61,768 bases of DNA. Source: Octopus sinensis (taxonomy: Eukaryota). Shown here one piece after another: positions 26,351 through 39,109 of this stretch. The position numbers and the translations under genes are program-made. The notes beneath the pieces are model-generated. The model saw only the letters and a list, made by a program, of their open reading frames with translations. It was not told the DNA's origin and did no database searches. Location: positions 1 through 61,768 of the forward strand of contig NW_021832410.1 in NCBI RefSeq assembly GCF_006345805.1. The letters run 5' to 3'. Positions within the stretch are counted from its first letter, which is position 1; each line of letters opens with the position of its first letter.

Positions 26351-27228
26351 AGCTATAATATTTAAATACATAGATGTGTATGTATATACACCCACATTAT
26401 GCTCCATTAAATCACTTCCTATTGTTGTCATCGGTTAATGCCTCTTTTAATGATTGCCTCTCATTGGGTTTGAACTTGTTAAACATTTACGCAGCTTCTC
26501 AACTACTGTGACACAGTTATATATATACAGTTTCTCTACTGTTTTCTCATATGCACCCACGTACACGTTTACGCACACACACACACACACACACAAGCAT
26601 ACACACACTTGCACACGCACAAACGTGTACACATACATACACACACCCATACACATGCACACACAAACGTACACACACACAAGCAAACACACACTTGCAC
26701 ACACACATACACATACCCATACACACACACAAAAGTACACACACTTGCACACGCACAAACATGTACAAACAGACACACAAACGCACACACACACACACGC
26801 AAACACACATAAACGTACACACACACACACACACACATACACATTCTCACATATTTTCCAATCTTAGAAATCTGTTCTCTATCCGTGTATCTCTCCATCA
26901 ATCAGCATTAATTAACTAATTAATCTTTTCTAATTACCTGGTTACTTATATCCCTTCTTTGGGGATCAAATTCCAAGGACTTTACTTTAATTTTATTTGA
27001 TATTTTGACAATATTTTCTATAGATTCATCAGCCTATAATTAGCTTTAACGATATACAGATTAATTGCACGATTGGCTGTATGGTTAAAAAGTATCCTTA
27101 CCAACCATGTGGTCTCGGGTTCAATTCCACAGTGCAGCACCTTGGGAGAATGTCTTCTACTATAGCCCCAAGTCAATCAAAGTATTTTTTACAGATGAAA
27201 CATTGGCCCTTATGGAGTCATTTCTATA

Positions 27229-27510
27229 TCATCATCATCATCATCATCGTTTAACGTCCGTTTTCCATGCTAGCATGGGTTGGACGGTTCAACTAGGGTC
27301 TGGTAAGCCAGAAGGCTGTGAGAGGCCCAGTCTGATCTGGCAGTGTTTCTACGGCTGGATGCCCTTCCTAACGCCAACCACTCTGTGAGTGTAGTGGGTG
27401 CTTTTTACGTGCCACCTGCACAGGTGCCAGACGAGGCTGGCAAACGGCCATGGTCGGATTGATGCATTTTACATGCCACCGGCACGGGGGCCAGACGAGG
27501 CTGGCAATGG
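27229..27510 (-). mobile_element. Repeat family D copy with internal tandem duplication
   Basis: catcatcatcgtttaacgtccgttttccatgctagcatgggttggacgg...; block ttttac(g/a)tgccacc..ccagacgaggctggcaa occurs twice (~27403-27445, ~27467-27508). Confidence 0.85.
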
Positions 27511-27589
27511 CCCAATCATTATATTTGGTAGTAGGGGTTGTGAATGAGAGGGGAAGAAGCGAGACAATGGGGATCGTTTTGATTTCCTG

Positions 27590-28405
27590 GAGGCCTTCTG
27601 ACAAATTCTTGCTTATTAGAAAGTGAAACGACCCCATGTTACACAAGGAAAACAGTGAAGTTTAGGGGTAATAGTCTGATGCTTTTGGGGATACATAAAA
27701 GGATGGTTCAAGAAAGTTGGTGAAAATTGAGGCTAACTTGAATGGTGCCAAATAAATGCAGATGCTGAGGGACAGTTTGATAGCAGACTTGGATGAAAAT
27801 GAGATTTTTCAGCAGGATGGAGCACCATGCCACGGATTGTGTGCCAAGCAACAGAGTCTGGCTGATGAAAGTGTTACCGTATTGAAGGATTGGTCAGCTC
27901 AGAGCCCTGACTTAAATATCACTGAGCAAATGTGGACAGAACTAAAGAGAAGAATTCATTAGAAGAATCCAAGCAATCTTGAAGAAGAGTTGTGGGAGCT
28001 CAGCCACAGAATGGCACCTCATACCTGTGAAGATGGTGAAGGATTTGTACACATCTCTCTCCAGGCACATTGAAGCAAATATTCAAGCTAAGGGAAGACA
28101 CACAAAATATCAACAATCATCTTGAAATGACCATTATGTAATAAATTTTCATTATAGACGTCTTTCTGTTTTGAAACACTGTATCTTGATTGGTTTATGT
28201 GAAACCATTTTTGGTGGTTGTCTCGCATCTTCCCCGATCGTTCAGAACCCCGACTACAAAATATAATGATTAGGTATAGAAATGACTCCAACAGTGGCCA
28301 ATGTTTCATTTGTAAAAGACACAATGCGAAACATCCAATTATAAGTTGGCAATTAGTAGAAATTTACAATAGTTTAAAGTGGCTGAAGACTTTTGCGCAG
28401 TACTG
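27590..28405 (+). mobile_element. 3' part of a Tc1-like transposon with decayed transposase and right TIR
   Basis: Translates to ...TRKTVKF..., IFQQDGAPCH, WSAQSPDLNITEQMW and QAKGRHTKY. Ends gctgaagacttttgcgcagtactg (reverse complement CAGTACTGCGCAAAAGTC, a typical Tc1 terminus). No left end seen. Confidence 0.88.
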
Positions 28406-28702
28406 CATATATATATATATAAATATACATTCATTTATATATACATATATTTATATATACATTTATACACATATACATGTATTTATTTATATATATGTAT
28501 ATATACATAATAATATCAGGGTAATAAAGATTTTAGAAATTTTTACTACCAGTGGCCTAGCATATAGAAAAATTAGTCAATAAAATATATATTATTCATA
28601 GAAAATATTATTCATATAAAATTCATAAAAAATATATTATGTATATATAATTTATATACATGTATATATATTATATATATATATTTATACATATATATAT
28701 AT

Positions 28703-28734
<32 letters not shown>

Positions 28735-29596
28735 CTTACATGTGTGTGTGTACAAAGGCAGGTGACTTAGTGGTTTGGCTGTTTAGCTCATGATCATAAG
28801 TTTGTGTGTTCAAATCCTGGCGACACTTTGCGTCCTTGAGCAAGGCATATTTTCTTCGCATTGGTCCAGTCCATTCTGCTGGCAAAAATGAGTTGTCCAA
28901 CTGCAACCCTCATCGTCATATTCGACCTAGTGCCAGTTTTTATGTATGTGTGTGTGTGTGTGTTTGTCCCCCACCACTGCTTGGCCACTGGTGATGGTTT
29001 GTTTATGTCCTTATAACTTAGCCATTCAGTCCAAGTAGCCATTCGACTTAAAAGTAGCCAGACTTAAAAAAACAAGGTCTTAGGTTGATTTGTTTCAATA
29101 AATTTTTCCAAGCAGTGCTCCAGCATGGCCACAGTTCAATACCTGTAATGAATAGATACATGGAGGGTTAATGTGTCTATCTCGGTTTTGATTCCAAGGT
29201 GATCCAGATTCTTGTTGTGAATGTCACCTCTATGAAAGCTTTATAATTGTAATTAGTGAATGATAACATAATTGGCTTACAGGCATTTAATGAGCAAATT
29301 CCAAGTTTAATGAAGTTCTCATGATGAAGGCTGAGGGAACATTATTATCTAAATTCGGTGGAACAAATACCACACAGGATATTTATTTTTACCCCAAACC
29401 ATTAATTGATGATATAAAAGTAAGATATAAAAAAAGATAAACATTTTTGCAAAATATTTCCTCTTTGTAATCTCTAACGCACTATCATCATCATCATGAT
29501 CATCATCATTATCATCATCATCATCGTCATCATCATCATCTTAATCATCACCATCATCATCATCATCATTATCATCATCATCATCATTGTCATCAT

Positions 29597-29631
<35 letters not shown>

Positions 29632-29669
29632 TACACACAACATTATATATATATATATATATATATATA

Positions 29670-29960
29670 TACCGGAGTAAACACATAAATGTGAAATAAG
29701 GTGGAAAAAAAGAGTACTCAAATACCAGGGGTAGAGTAATATGCTTTATTTAAAGCAGCAGAAAATTCAACAAAACCTGTTACTCTGAGTTTCCCTTTGC
29801 CGACGATACAAAAACCACGGACGGGTCATTTGAAGCCTTTAATCTTCAGTCAAGAACCGGATCATCCTCGCAATTTTGGCTGATTAATCTTGAGATTGCT
29901 CAGCTTCGAATGACCTGTCCGTGTTTTTGTATCGTCTTCTGGATGTTTTGCATTCTTGTC
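29670..29960. repeat. Interspersed repeat fragments (PLE-like); shares a 55-bp block with the 19590 hairpin and contains a 35-bp inverted repeat
   Basis: atgctttatttaaagcagcagaaaattcaacaaaacctgttactctgagtttc at ~29741-29793 matches 19591-19643; IR 29802-29836 / 29903-29936. Confidence 0.6.
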
Positions 29961-30327
29961 CCATTTTGTATTCTTTTATATACATATATAGCGGCGTACG
30001 TACACTTTGTTCTCTCTCTCTCTATATATATATATGCATATATGTACGAGGAGGTACTGAGAAAGATGCTGGCTTTATGGGTGTCGTGAAAGGCCTGGTT
30101 GGAGAAAAAAATGAAGGACCGCTGCAATAAGTGTGCGAATCTGAGAAGGGAATATGTTGAATAAAAGTACCACACAGTGGAACCTGAACCCAGAACCATG
30201 TGGTTGGGAAGCAAATTTTGTACTGCACACCTATGCCTAATCAATGCAGCCATGCCCGTTATGTAGACTCGTTATAAATCAATTTGATCCCTTATTTATT
30301 TTTTGTCTTTTTATACCTGTTTATATA

Positions 30328-30670
30328 TATGGTGCCAAGGACTCCAAATTTGCCATCAAGATGTAGGACAAGATACTGTGATAGCCTGGGCTTCAGAGGC
30401 CCACAGCTCTTCAATATCCTCCCGAAGAACCTGAGAGACCTGAATGGGTTGGATACAGATGTCTTTAAAATAAAACTGGATCTCTTCCTGTCTGGTGTCC
30501 CAGATGAACCAACTTCACGGCAGGAGGTGCAGATGAGGGCAGCTGCATCGAACTCTCTCATGCACCAAGTGGCAATTGCTAAAATGCATTCATGAAGTAA
30601 AATCATGTAGCAACACCAAATGGCGGTGCCCCAGCATGACCACAGCTTGTGAGCTGAAACTAGATAAAAT
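30328..30670 (+). mobile_element. 5'-truncated LINE (CR1/L2-group) 3' end: ORF2 C-terminus plus 3' UTR
   Basis: ORF track 30284-30595: RTRYCDSLGFRGPQLFNILPKNLRDL...FKIKLDLFLSGVPDEP...RAAASNSL, a typical ORF2 C-terminus. Ends ggcggtgccccagcatgaccacagcttgtgagctgaaactagataaaa plus an A-rich tail. Confidence 0.85.
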
Positions 30671-30787
30671 TAAAAAAATAAAATTTTAAAAATATATATT
30701 TATACCTACATATATAAATATGTGTGTATATAAATCTGATGCACATAACTATATATTTTTCTGTGTATATTGCAGGGATTGAACACA

Positions 30788-30912
30788 ATGTCTGGGACGA
30801 CGGAACAAGAGAATCGCTACCGTCAGCGCAAACCCACACCTCTACAGATCGACCCAGCAGCTCAACACGATGCCGTGAAGGTGAAGGACAAGGATTTCTC
30901 AAACTGCCAACC
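30788..30912 (+). CDS. First coding exon of a small spliced gene (exon 30776-30912; ATG at 30788): MSGTTEQENRYRQRKPTPLQIDPAAQHDAVKVKDKDFSNCQ(P)
   Basis: Acceptor ttttctgtgtatattgcag|G (AG 30774-30775) and donor CC|gtaagt (30913). Non-repetitive sequence; ATG has A at -3 (ACAATG). The frame is also open upstream of the ATG (GLNT), so it could be an internal exon of a longer protein. A second frame (GIEHNVW...) is open too. Confidence 0.72.
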
Positions 30913-31291
30913 GTAAGTTTTCTTTTGGCTTTTATATTCTTGTCTTTCAGTTGTTTCAGTTATTAGACGGCGGCCATACTGGAGCACCACCTTGAAGAAG
31001 AATTTTTTGTCAAATGAATTGAGCCCTGGTATTCTTTATTTTTTTTTTGTTGTGTGTGTGTTTTTTAAGCGTGGTACTTGTATCAGTCTCTTTTGATGAA
31101 CTGCTAGGTTATGGGGACATAAACACAAGGAAGCACACATAGATATCATCATCATCAGCAGCATCACCACCACCATCATCACCACTATCCTCACCATCAT
31201 CATCATCACTATCTTCCTCCTCCTCATCATCATCGTCATTATCCTTTAGCATCAGTTTCCCATTCTAGCATATATATATATATATATACAT

Positions 31292-31332
<41 letters not shown>

Positions 31333-31538
31333 AATATATATATATATACATATATGTAAATATATATATATAGAGAGAGAGAGAAAAAAAGAAATGGACC
31401 AATAAACACAGATATTAAACCATGGTTTTACCTTTAAATTACCAACTACTGTATACCTTATAGCTTGGGCACCAGTAGTGTCTCTGGATAAATTTATCCC
31501 TTAGATGGTTGCATATCTTCTAACTCATAATTATCTTA

Positions 31539-31618
<80 letters not shown>

Positions 31619-32003
31619 ATATATAATTATCTTAATATGTGTGTATGTATGTGTGCCTGTATGTGTGTGTGTGTGTGTATGCATGTGTGTGTGCCTGTAT
31701 GTGTTCATGTGCGTATGGGTTTTCTTATGTATGTTGATCCTTGTTTTTTTCCTTTTAAGTTTGAATGTGTCTATAAATATATATTTATTAAGTTAATAAT
31801 TTGAGAAATGAAATTCCTCAAGGTGGTGGTCCAGGATGGCTGCAGTCTAACGACTGAAACAAATAAAAGATACTGATTGCCTCAAAACACGCAAATCATC
31901 ATCATCATCATCACATGACTTTTCCTCTTTGCTTTGCCTGTGTGTCCGTCTGTATCTACCAATCTATCTCTCCGTCTCTCTCATTTTACCTTTTCCCTTC
32001 CAG

Positions 32004-32118
32004 ATTATCGGAAGCACTGGATATGCCACCTTCGTCAAATGAGCCGTCGCTTCCACCTTCACCGGCTACGAGAAAATCTCCGTTCACGTTTGAGTTTCCT
32101 GTCGAAGCTGCAAAATAG
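32004..32118 (+). CDS. Terminal coding exon of the same gene: (P)LSEALDMPPSSNEPSLPPSPATRKSPFTFEFPVEAAK*
   Basis: Strong pyrimidine-rich acceptor ttttaccttttcccttccag|A (AG 32002-32003). The phase-2 join with the 30912 donor (CC+A = Pro) keeps the frame to TAG at 32116-32118. Intron 1091 bp; ATG-to-stop 240 nt = 79 aa. Confidence 0.72.
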
Positions 32119-32320
32119 GCATCGAACATGTTGGCCGCTGATGCGATTTGTACATAACCCTTTTGACATTTTTTTTTTTTCCTTTCCCCCCCTTTACTGT
32201 TTCTCCCCACCCACCTCTTTTCCTTACCGATGCCAATCCCTACAACACCCCTTTTTCAGGACTCTTGATAATTCTTTAAATCTCGTTCATCAGCTACCCC
32301 GCCTCCACAACTATATATAC

Positions 32321-32351
<31 letters not shown>

Positions 32352-33101
32352 TATATATATAGATATATATTATATTGTGTGTGTGTATATATGTATGTAT
32401 ATGTCTATGTACACACTATGATACATACATAACACACACATATATATATACATATACATACATAATTATATACATATATAACATATATATCTATATATAA
32501 ATATATATATGTATGCATGTATGTATATATATATATATATATATTAGATATATATAACACTTTTCATTTGTTTGTTCAACTCATTTTCATTTCAGAAACC
32601 CGGTTATAAATTGATTAATTATTCAGACACACACACACACACACACAGAGGCACACATGCACATGCAATATACATGCACACACTTTCACACACATATGCA
32701 CACACATGCCTACATACATGTACAGGCATTGATGTACCCATATTTGTAACGTACAAGTGTCTATCTTGCAACTGATTATGGTGTGTTTGTGTGTGTGGCT
32801 GTACATAACAAACATCTCTCACTTCCTCTCTCTCTCTCTCTTTCACTCTCACTCTCTCATACACACATATACCTTCGTATGAGATTTATGCAAATGAATG
32901 GACATCTTAGTGTAGGTGGCCAACGGAAGTCAATCTAAATATGGATGTGTGTTTTATGGGGGAGTGGAGTAGCACCTAGCGTGTGTAAATGCATGTCTGT
33001 CTGTCTGTCTCCCAGTCTTGTCTATTTATTACATTTTTTTTGTCACAAATGAGGTGAGGTAGAATGAGGGTAGGGCACATCAATCTATTTATTTCTCTCT
33101 T

Positions 33102-33135
<34 letters not shown>

Positions 33136-33366
33136 TAAATAAATACATATATATATATATACATACATATATGCGTGTGTATGAGCATGCATGTGTGTGT
33201 GCATAGTGCCCTCCATATGTAGCGGAGAAAATGCCCAGGGCTCTCATGGGTCTAGGGACCCAATTCCAATCTAAGAATACAGTGACTTATTGTTGGTAAA
33301 TAAATACAATAGGACCCACAGTGCATCGATTTGTCCTTGGGCTTATAATACTACTAAGAGTGCCTG

Positions 33367-33399
<33 letters not shown>

Positions 33400-33465
33400 T
33401 GTACATATATATATGCATATACATACATATATATATATGCTACAGACAGGTTGTGCTAATCTGCC

Positions 33466-33586
33466 TCAGACAGTAGAGAGTAGTAGCCATATTCCCTTCC
33501 ATATCGGCTAACTCTGATGAGCGTAAAGTTACATAATTGGATTGTTACCTAACACTCCATTATATTCTTTACACGAAACTGACTGG
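33466..33586 (+). ncRNA. Type III hammerhead-ribozyme-like motif (helix I imperfect)
   Basis: GTA triplet 33473-33475; CTGATGA 33514-33520; helix II gcgtaaag (33521-33528) / ctttacac (33567-33574), 7 of 8 pairs; GAAA 33575-33578; helix III tcagacagt (33466-33474) / actgactgg (33578-33586), 8 of 9 pairs including one G-U. Confidence 0.45.
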
Positions 33587-34265
33587 TTCAATCAACCGTG
33601 ATAGATATTGAATACTATACATTTCAGATTAAGCATCATATATATATATATATATACATATCCATACATGTATATGTACATGTGTTTGTGTGTATATATA
33701 TATATGTAAAAGCAACAAGAAAAATAGTTATTATCTTTAATTTTTTTTAAATCTAAAAGAAATTCTAATAGCTTTTTTCTTTTTCTTTTTTGCTAGGATT
33801 TGTCCTCCTACCACCTCACACCATTCTTCTCCTCCTTTTCCTCATCATCGACCTCCTATTTCCTCTGTTGTTCATATTCCTACTCCTCCTCTCACCAAAT
33901 ACCAATCTACCCGCCACCACCACCACCGCCTCCTTAAATTCTCAAAGAAATCTAAAAAAATAAATAAATATAAAGGAAACAAAAAATAAAGTAAAACAAA
34001 ATCTATATATATACAAATAAATATATATATATATATATATAAATATAAATATGAATATATAAATAAATATATTAATATATAAATACATATAAAATGTTAT
34101 AATTTTTTTTGGTCTTTGTAGCAAATATAGCACCACAGTGTTACACCACTACCACCACATGACTAATACTATACATATGACCACCACAATAAATCATCAA
34201 TATGGCCTGGCACTAGAACACTTGTACAGCAGCTCTGTGTACATCCATATATCTGTATATGATAC

Positions 34266-34449
34266 AGGAGTGGTTGTGTGGTAAGAAGCTTGCTTCCGAA
34301 CCACATGGTTCTATGTTCAGTCTCACTGCTTGGCACCTTGGGCAAGTGTCTTCTACCAAACCCTTGGGCTGATCAAAACCTTGTGAGTGGATTTGGTAGA
34401 CAGAAACTGAAAGAAGCCCATCATGTATATTATATATATATATATATAA

Positions 34450-34540
<91 letters not shown>

Positions 34541-34778
34541 GTAATGCATGTATATATGCATGTATGGATGGATGTATTTGTGTGTCTGTTCTTGTCCACC
34601 CGCCATCGCTAGGCACCCAATGCTGGTGTGTTACGTCCGCATAACCTAGCGGTTTGGCAGATGAGACCGATAAAATAAGTACTAGGCTTAGAAAGAATAA
34701 GTCCTGGGGTCGATTTGTCCAACTAAAGGCAGTGCTCTAGCATGGCCGCAGTCAAATGACTGAAACAGCTAAAAAGAA
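34266..34778 (+). mobile_element. SINE family A, full length
   Basis: Head, ~150-bp central TA-rich tract and tail all present. Confidence 0.9.
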
Positions 34779-35104
34779 ACTAAAAGAAATATATACATAT
34801 ATATATGCACACACACACACACACACATGTATGTATGTATATTATATATATATGTATACATATATAGTCATCTAATACAATATATATATATATATACATA
34901 AATATATGTATATATATAATATATATATATATAATATGTATCATATATCTATATACATGATACAATATATACATGTGTATATATATGTATATATATATAT
35001 TTTATAAATGTATATACATATAATACATATATACAATAATATATGTATATATATACATATACATATGTATGTATACATGTGTGTGTGTCTGTATATGTAA
35101 ATAC

Positions 35105-35155
<51 letters not shown>

Positions 35156-36861
35156 GATATTGTTGAACAGAGCATGACATTACTCCATACCACTGCAATA
35201 AGTACATCTCAACATGACCACCACTACTTCATAAGCAACAACAACAACACTGTAGATGATCACTACACACTACTATTACAAATACATCACACTACAGCGC
35301 ACCGCACCGCTCGAGGGAGTCTCAATGTGTTCAGTAAACCTGCTAGAAATAGCAGTCAATTCTCCCTCAAAGCACTCACATGACTGTCTAAAAAAAAAAG
35401 CAAGGGACACATATGATAATGTAGTCCTATATACTTTTAAAAGATGTGATGGTCATTGTTGGAACTGTTGTTGATTTATAGTTCTGGCTGACCTGGCCTA
35501 TGCTGGTGTTGAATAACAACAGGTGTCTGTATACCACAACAAGAGATGCTATACAACACCACCATTAAATGACCTCTGCAACACACCACCACCATCACTA
35601 TCACCACCACCACCACTACCACCACACATGAAAATATCTCTCCCAGCCATGCAAAAAAGAATAAAATAGGATGGTCAAGGTTGGAATGGCTTTGATCATA
35701 TCAACAGCTGGATCAGGTCTAAGCTAGGGCTAAGCAACACCACCAACAACGACTTCATCCTTCGCCCAGTTTAACATCAACAAAACCACCACCAACACCA
35801 TCACCATCTCCACATGGCCCCTTAGGTGTTTTGAACAGAGGAGGCAGGGGGTGCCACGTCTCCTCCCTAAGGAAAACTTTCTTGTTTTTTTTTTTTCCAA
35901 CTATACAAGGATGCCCTTGAGAAAAAGGGGTTTATAGATGCTGTGTCCTTTCTCTGATGACGAAGCTAATCAAAATCAAAATAAAATGGAAAAAAATAAA
36001 TAAATATAAAAAAAGAACCCCCAACAAATCAGGAAATCAAAGAATTTTCCTCTTCTTTAATAAATTATTCTGCATGATTTTAAATTCCAATATATTTTGG
36101 ACAGCAAATATGGTTTCTTTGTTCCTTGTTTGTTTGTTTGCCCATATTTCGTATATTATTTAATGCATATACATACATACATACATACATACATACATAC
36201 ACACATATATACATACTCACACATAAACACACACACACACACATGTAGAAAAATGTATGTATATGTATTTAAAGGAACAACAGAAGACAGTATCAGTGAT
36301 ATTTTAAAATGTTCATTCCTCCGGTTGTTTCAGTAATTCTTACATAACATTAAAATAATTATTATAATTATGAGATCATAATTATATCATGTAGCAGGCA
36401 AGAATCACATCATCAAGGACTTTTTGGAATATGAATTATGAAACCTAAGTTGGCTCTTACAAAAGGTGGAGATTCAAATAATAAATACAGAAGAAAAAGA
36501 TATATAAATGTATATAAATATGTGAGTAAATATATATGTACACATATATGTATACACACAAACATATATACATATATATGTGTGTGTATGCACACACTTT
36601 GGTGTTCAAGATATTTAAAAAAACTTTTTGCCTTGCTTCTTCCCACCCTTTCGATCAGATATATGTATTTTTCAATGAAAGAGGTATTTTAGAAATGTAC
36701 GTGTGCGTGTCTTAGCTTATTTATGTCACTGTATGTCTATCTATATATGTACCTATGTGGTTAAAATTTCTGGAACCCAAGGTTTCATGTTGATGGAAAT
36801 CAATAAATTTTTGAGCCAGGATTGAAATTAAAAATGAAACTCCACTATTAGAATATGTATG

Positions 36862-36901
<40 letters not shown>

Positions 36902-37047
36902 TATATATATATATATATATACATATATATAATATATACATATCTACATACATATATATACACATATATATTACATATATTTTTATATATTTTTATTATA
37001 TATATATATATATATATATATGTATTATATAATATATATATATATAC

Positions 37048-37091
<44 letters not shown>

Positions 37092-37424
37092 TATACATAT
37101 ATGTTATATATATATATTATATATATGTATTATATATATATATGTTATATATATATATGTATATGTTTATATATACAGATGTATATGTGTTTGTGTGTAT
37201 ACTTACATATGTATCTTTCGTGGCCTCTTTCATCTTCCCTCTCACCTTTGTCAAGCACAAATTTCTCTGAAGTGAATAATAATATGAATAAAATTAAAAT
37301 AAAAAAGATTGCAAGAGAAATACAAATTGTTTTACTTTTATCTGAAAGTATATATATATATATATAATATGTTATTTGTGCGAATATGTGTGTGTGTGTG
37401 TCACCATATATGTGTCTGTATATT

Positions 37425-37476
<52 letters not shown>

Positions 37477-37639
37477 ATACACATATATATATCTTTTAAA
37501 TTGTTCATAGTAATGTTTTGAATATGCAAATAAACCTATCCCATTATGCCGACCACCATCTAATGATGCTGACTGCTGAGCCAGTCTTTCGAGGTTGCAT
37601 CAAGTTAGATTGATATAATAGTGGCTCTCGTGGCTTCTC

Positions 37640-38218
37640 ATTATTATTATTATTATTATTATTGAGTGAGAGAGCAATGCATACCATACAAAGTGACACT
37701 GGGGTAAAATATACGAAGCCCAATATACCCATCATGAATACCCGTCTGATAAGGGTACACCTGGCACTTGCATCACACCCATGTGTACGCGACATGGTGA
37801 TCTCATATCAAGATAAGCAGCACATGACCTTGCAGGTGGGGGCCCAGTTAGAATTCTTTTCTGGTCGAGTAGCCCGTCCCGCTCAAAAGGTCCCTGAATA
37901 AGGGTTGTCTAAGGATGTTGAACTAAACACCCATCTTTCCAGAGGTGAATTATTCAAACCCCAAAGAATTCCTCTCAACACATGGCTATGATGCTCCCCC
38001 ACTACTTCTACTCGTGATCAGAGATGCACATATCGTCAGCCACTAGGGGACATGCTCAACTGGTTAAGGTCAAACAACTGACAAGGAAATCTGCGGTATT
38101 AAGCAGAATATTTGCTGTAGCCCATCTTTTATACCAAGGCAAAACAATGTATATGTATGATAACACTTCCAACCAGTTAAGATCAGAAGCCACGAGAGCC
38201 TGGTACTGCATCAGGGTA
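37640..38218 (+). repeat. Repeat family E (~570-bp interspersed repeat, class unknown) between (ATT)n tracts
   Basis: High similarity to 48243-48730 on the opposite strand (gtgatcagagatgcacatatcg.cagccacta.gggacatg...; ccttgcaggtggg.gcccagttagaat). Confidence 0.85.
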
Positions 38219-38250
<32 letters not shown>

Positions 38251-38529
38251 CAATTTTATTATACAGACACACAGACGCCCACACATGTATATATAATCTG
38301 TGTGTGTGCGTAATAATGTATACAACAACAATATTCTAATAAGTATGAGACCAGTTTGTACGTGTGTGTGTGTGTGCGTGCGTGTGTGTATGTGTATGTG
38401 TGTATACTGAAGCAGAGCAAATGTTAAAAATCACACGCCTATCTTTATCACTTCTCATATCAACAAAATCCTACAACGATGATTTATCAACGGGAAACTA
38501 GCCACGTTCTCAGAATTACACGGTACTCA

Positions 38530-38770
38530 CCAAGGCATTCGTCCCCTAAAGGGAGCAGCTTATGTAGCATTGCGGCTGGGATATCAAACAGCTACTCAAG
38601 TTTCCAAACGTGGATGTGATACATCATGAATTTCCGAAGGCTTTTGATAAAGTCGCTTATGGAATGACGGTTCAAAAACTGCGTCGACTCTGGTTAGCTA
38701 GGAACTAAGGGGAGTTACTGCGTGGCCTTTCAGGAGGTAGAAGGCTATTGTCTGCAGCCAGACGTGCTCA
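38530..38770 (+). pseudogene. LINE reverse transcriptase remnant, N-terminal RT motifs
   Basis: aac gtg gat gtg ata ... aag gct ttt gat aaa gtc = NVDVI...KAFDKV (DFxKAFDKV motif), followed by QKLRRL. Confidence 0.75.
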
Positions 38771-39109
38771 CATAAAAGAAAAGACTGGCTTTGAATGTAG
38801 AATGAGACGACTGGGTGTTGCTGATAGGCAGCTAACGATTTGGTCCGGCTCGCTGCATTTTTGGCGTGTTTTGAGGATAGTAGTTTTCGGTGCCGGAGAC
38901 AAACACGCGCGCACAGAAAGGATGAGAGAGTAATATAAAACACTTTTTCTCTTCTACACATAAGTATAGTCACACAGGAACGCAAGGATGGAGAGGAGAG
39001 AAACATTAAAACGAGTGAACCATTAAAACGTCTGATGTCAAATTAGTCAGCGTCGAATCAGTGACGCCATTTACGCTGCGCCAAGCTAGTTCAACCAAAA
39101 CTTTTATAA

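Noticed and set aside
31934-32362. 142-aa ORF overlapping the terminal exon in another frame
   Set aside because: It would need a phase-1 join, and the matching frame of exon 30776 has an immediate TGA. It also runs from intron into poly-T and TA repeats.
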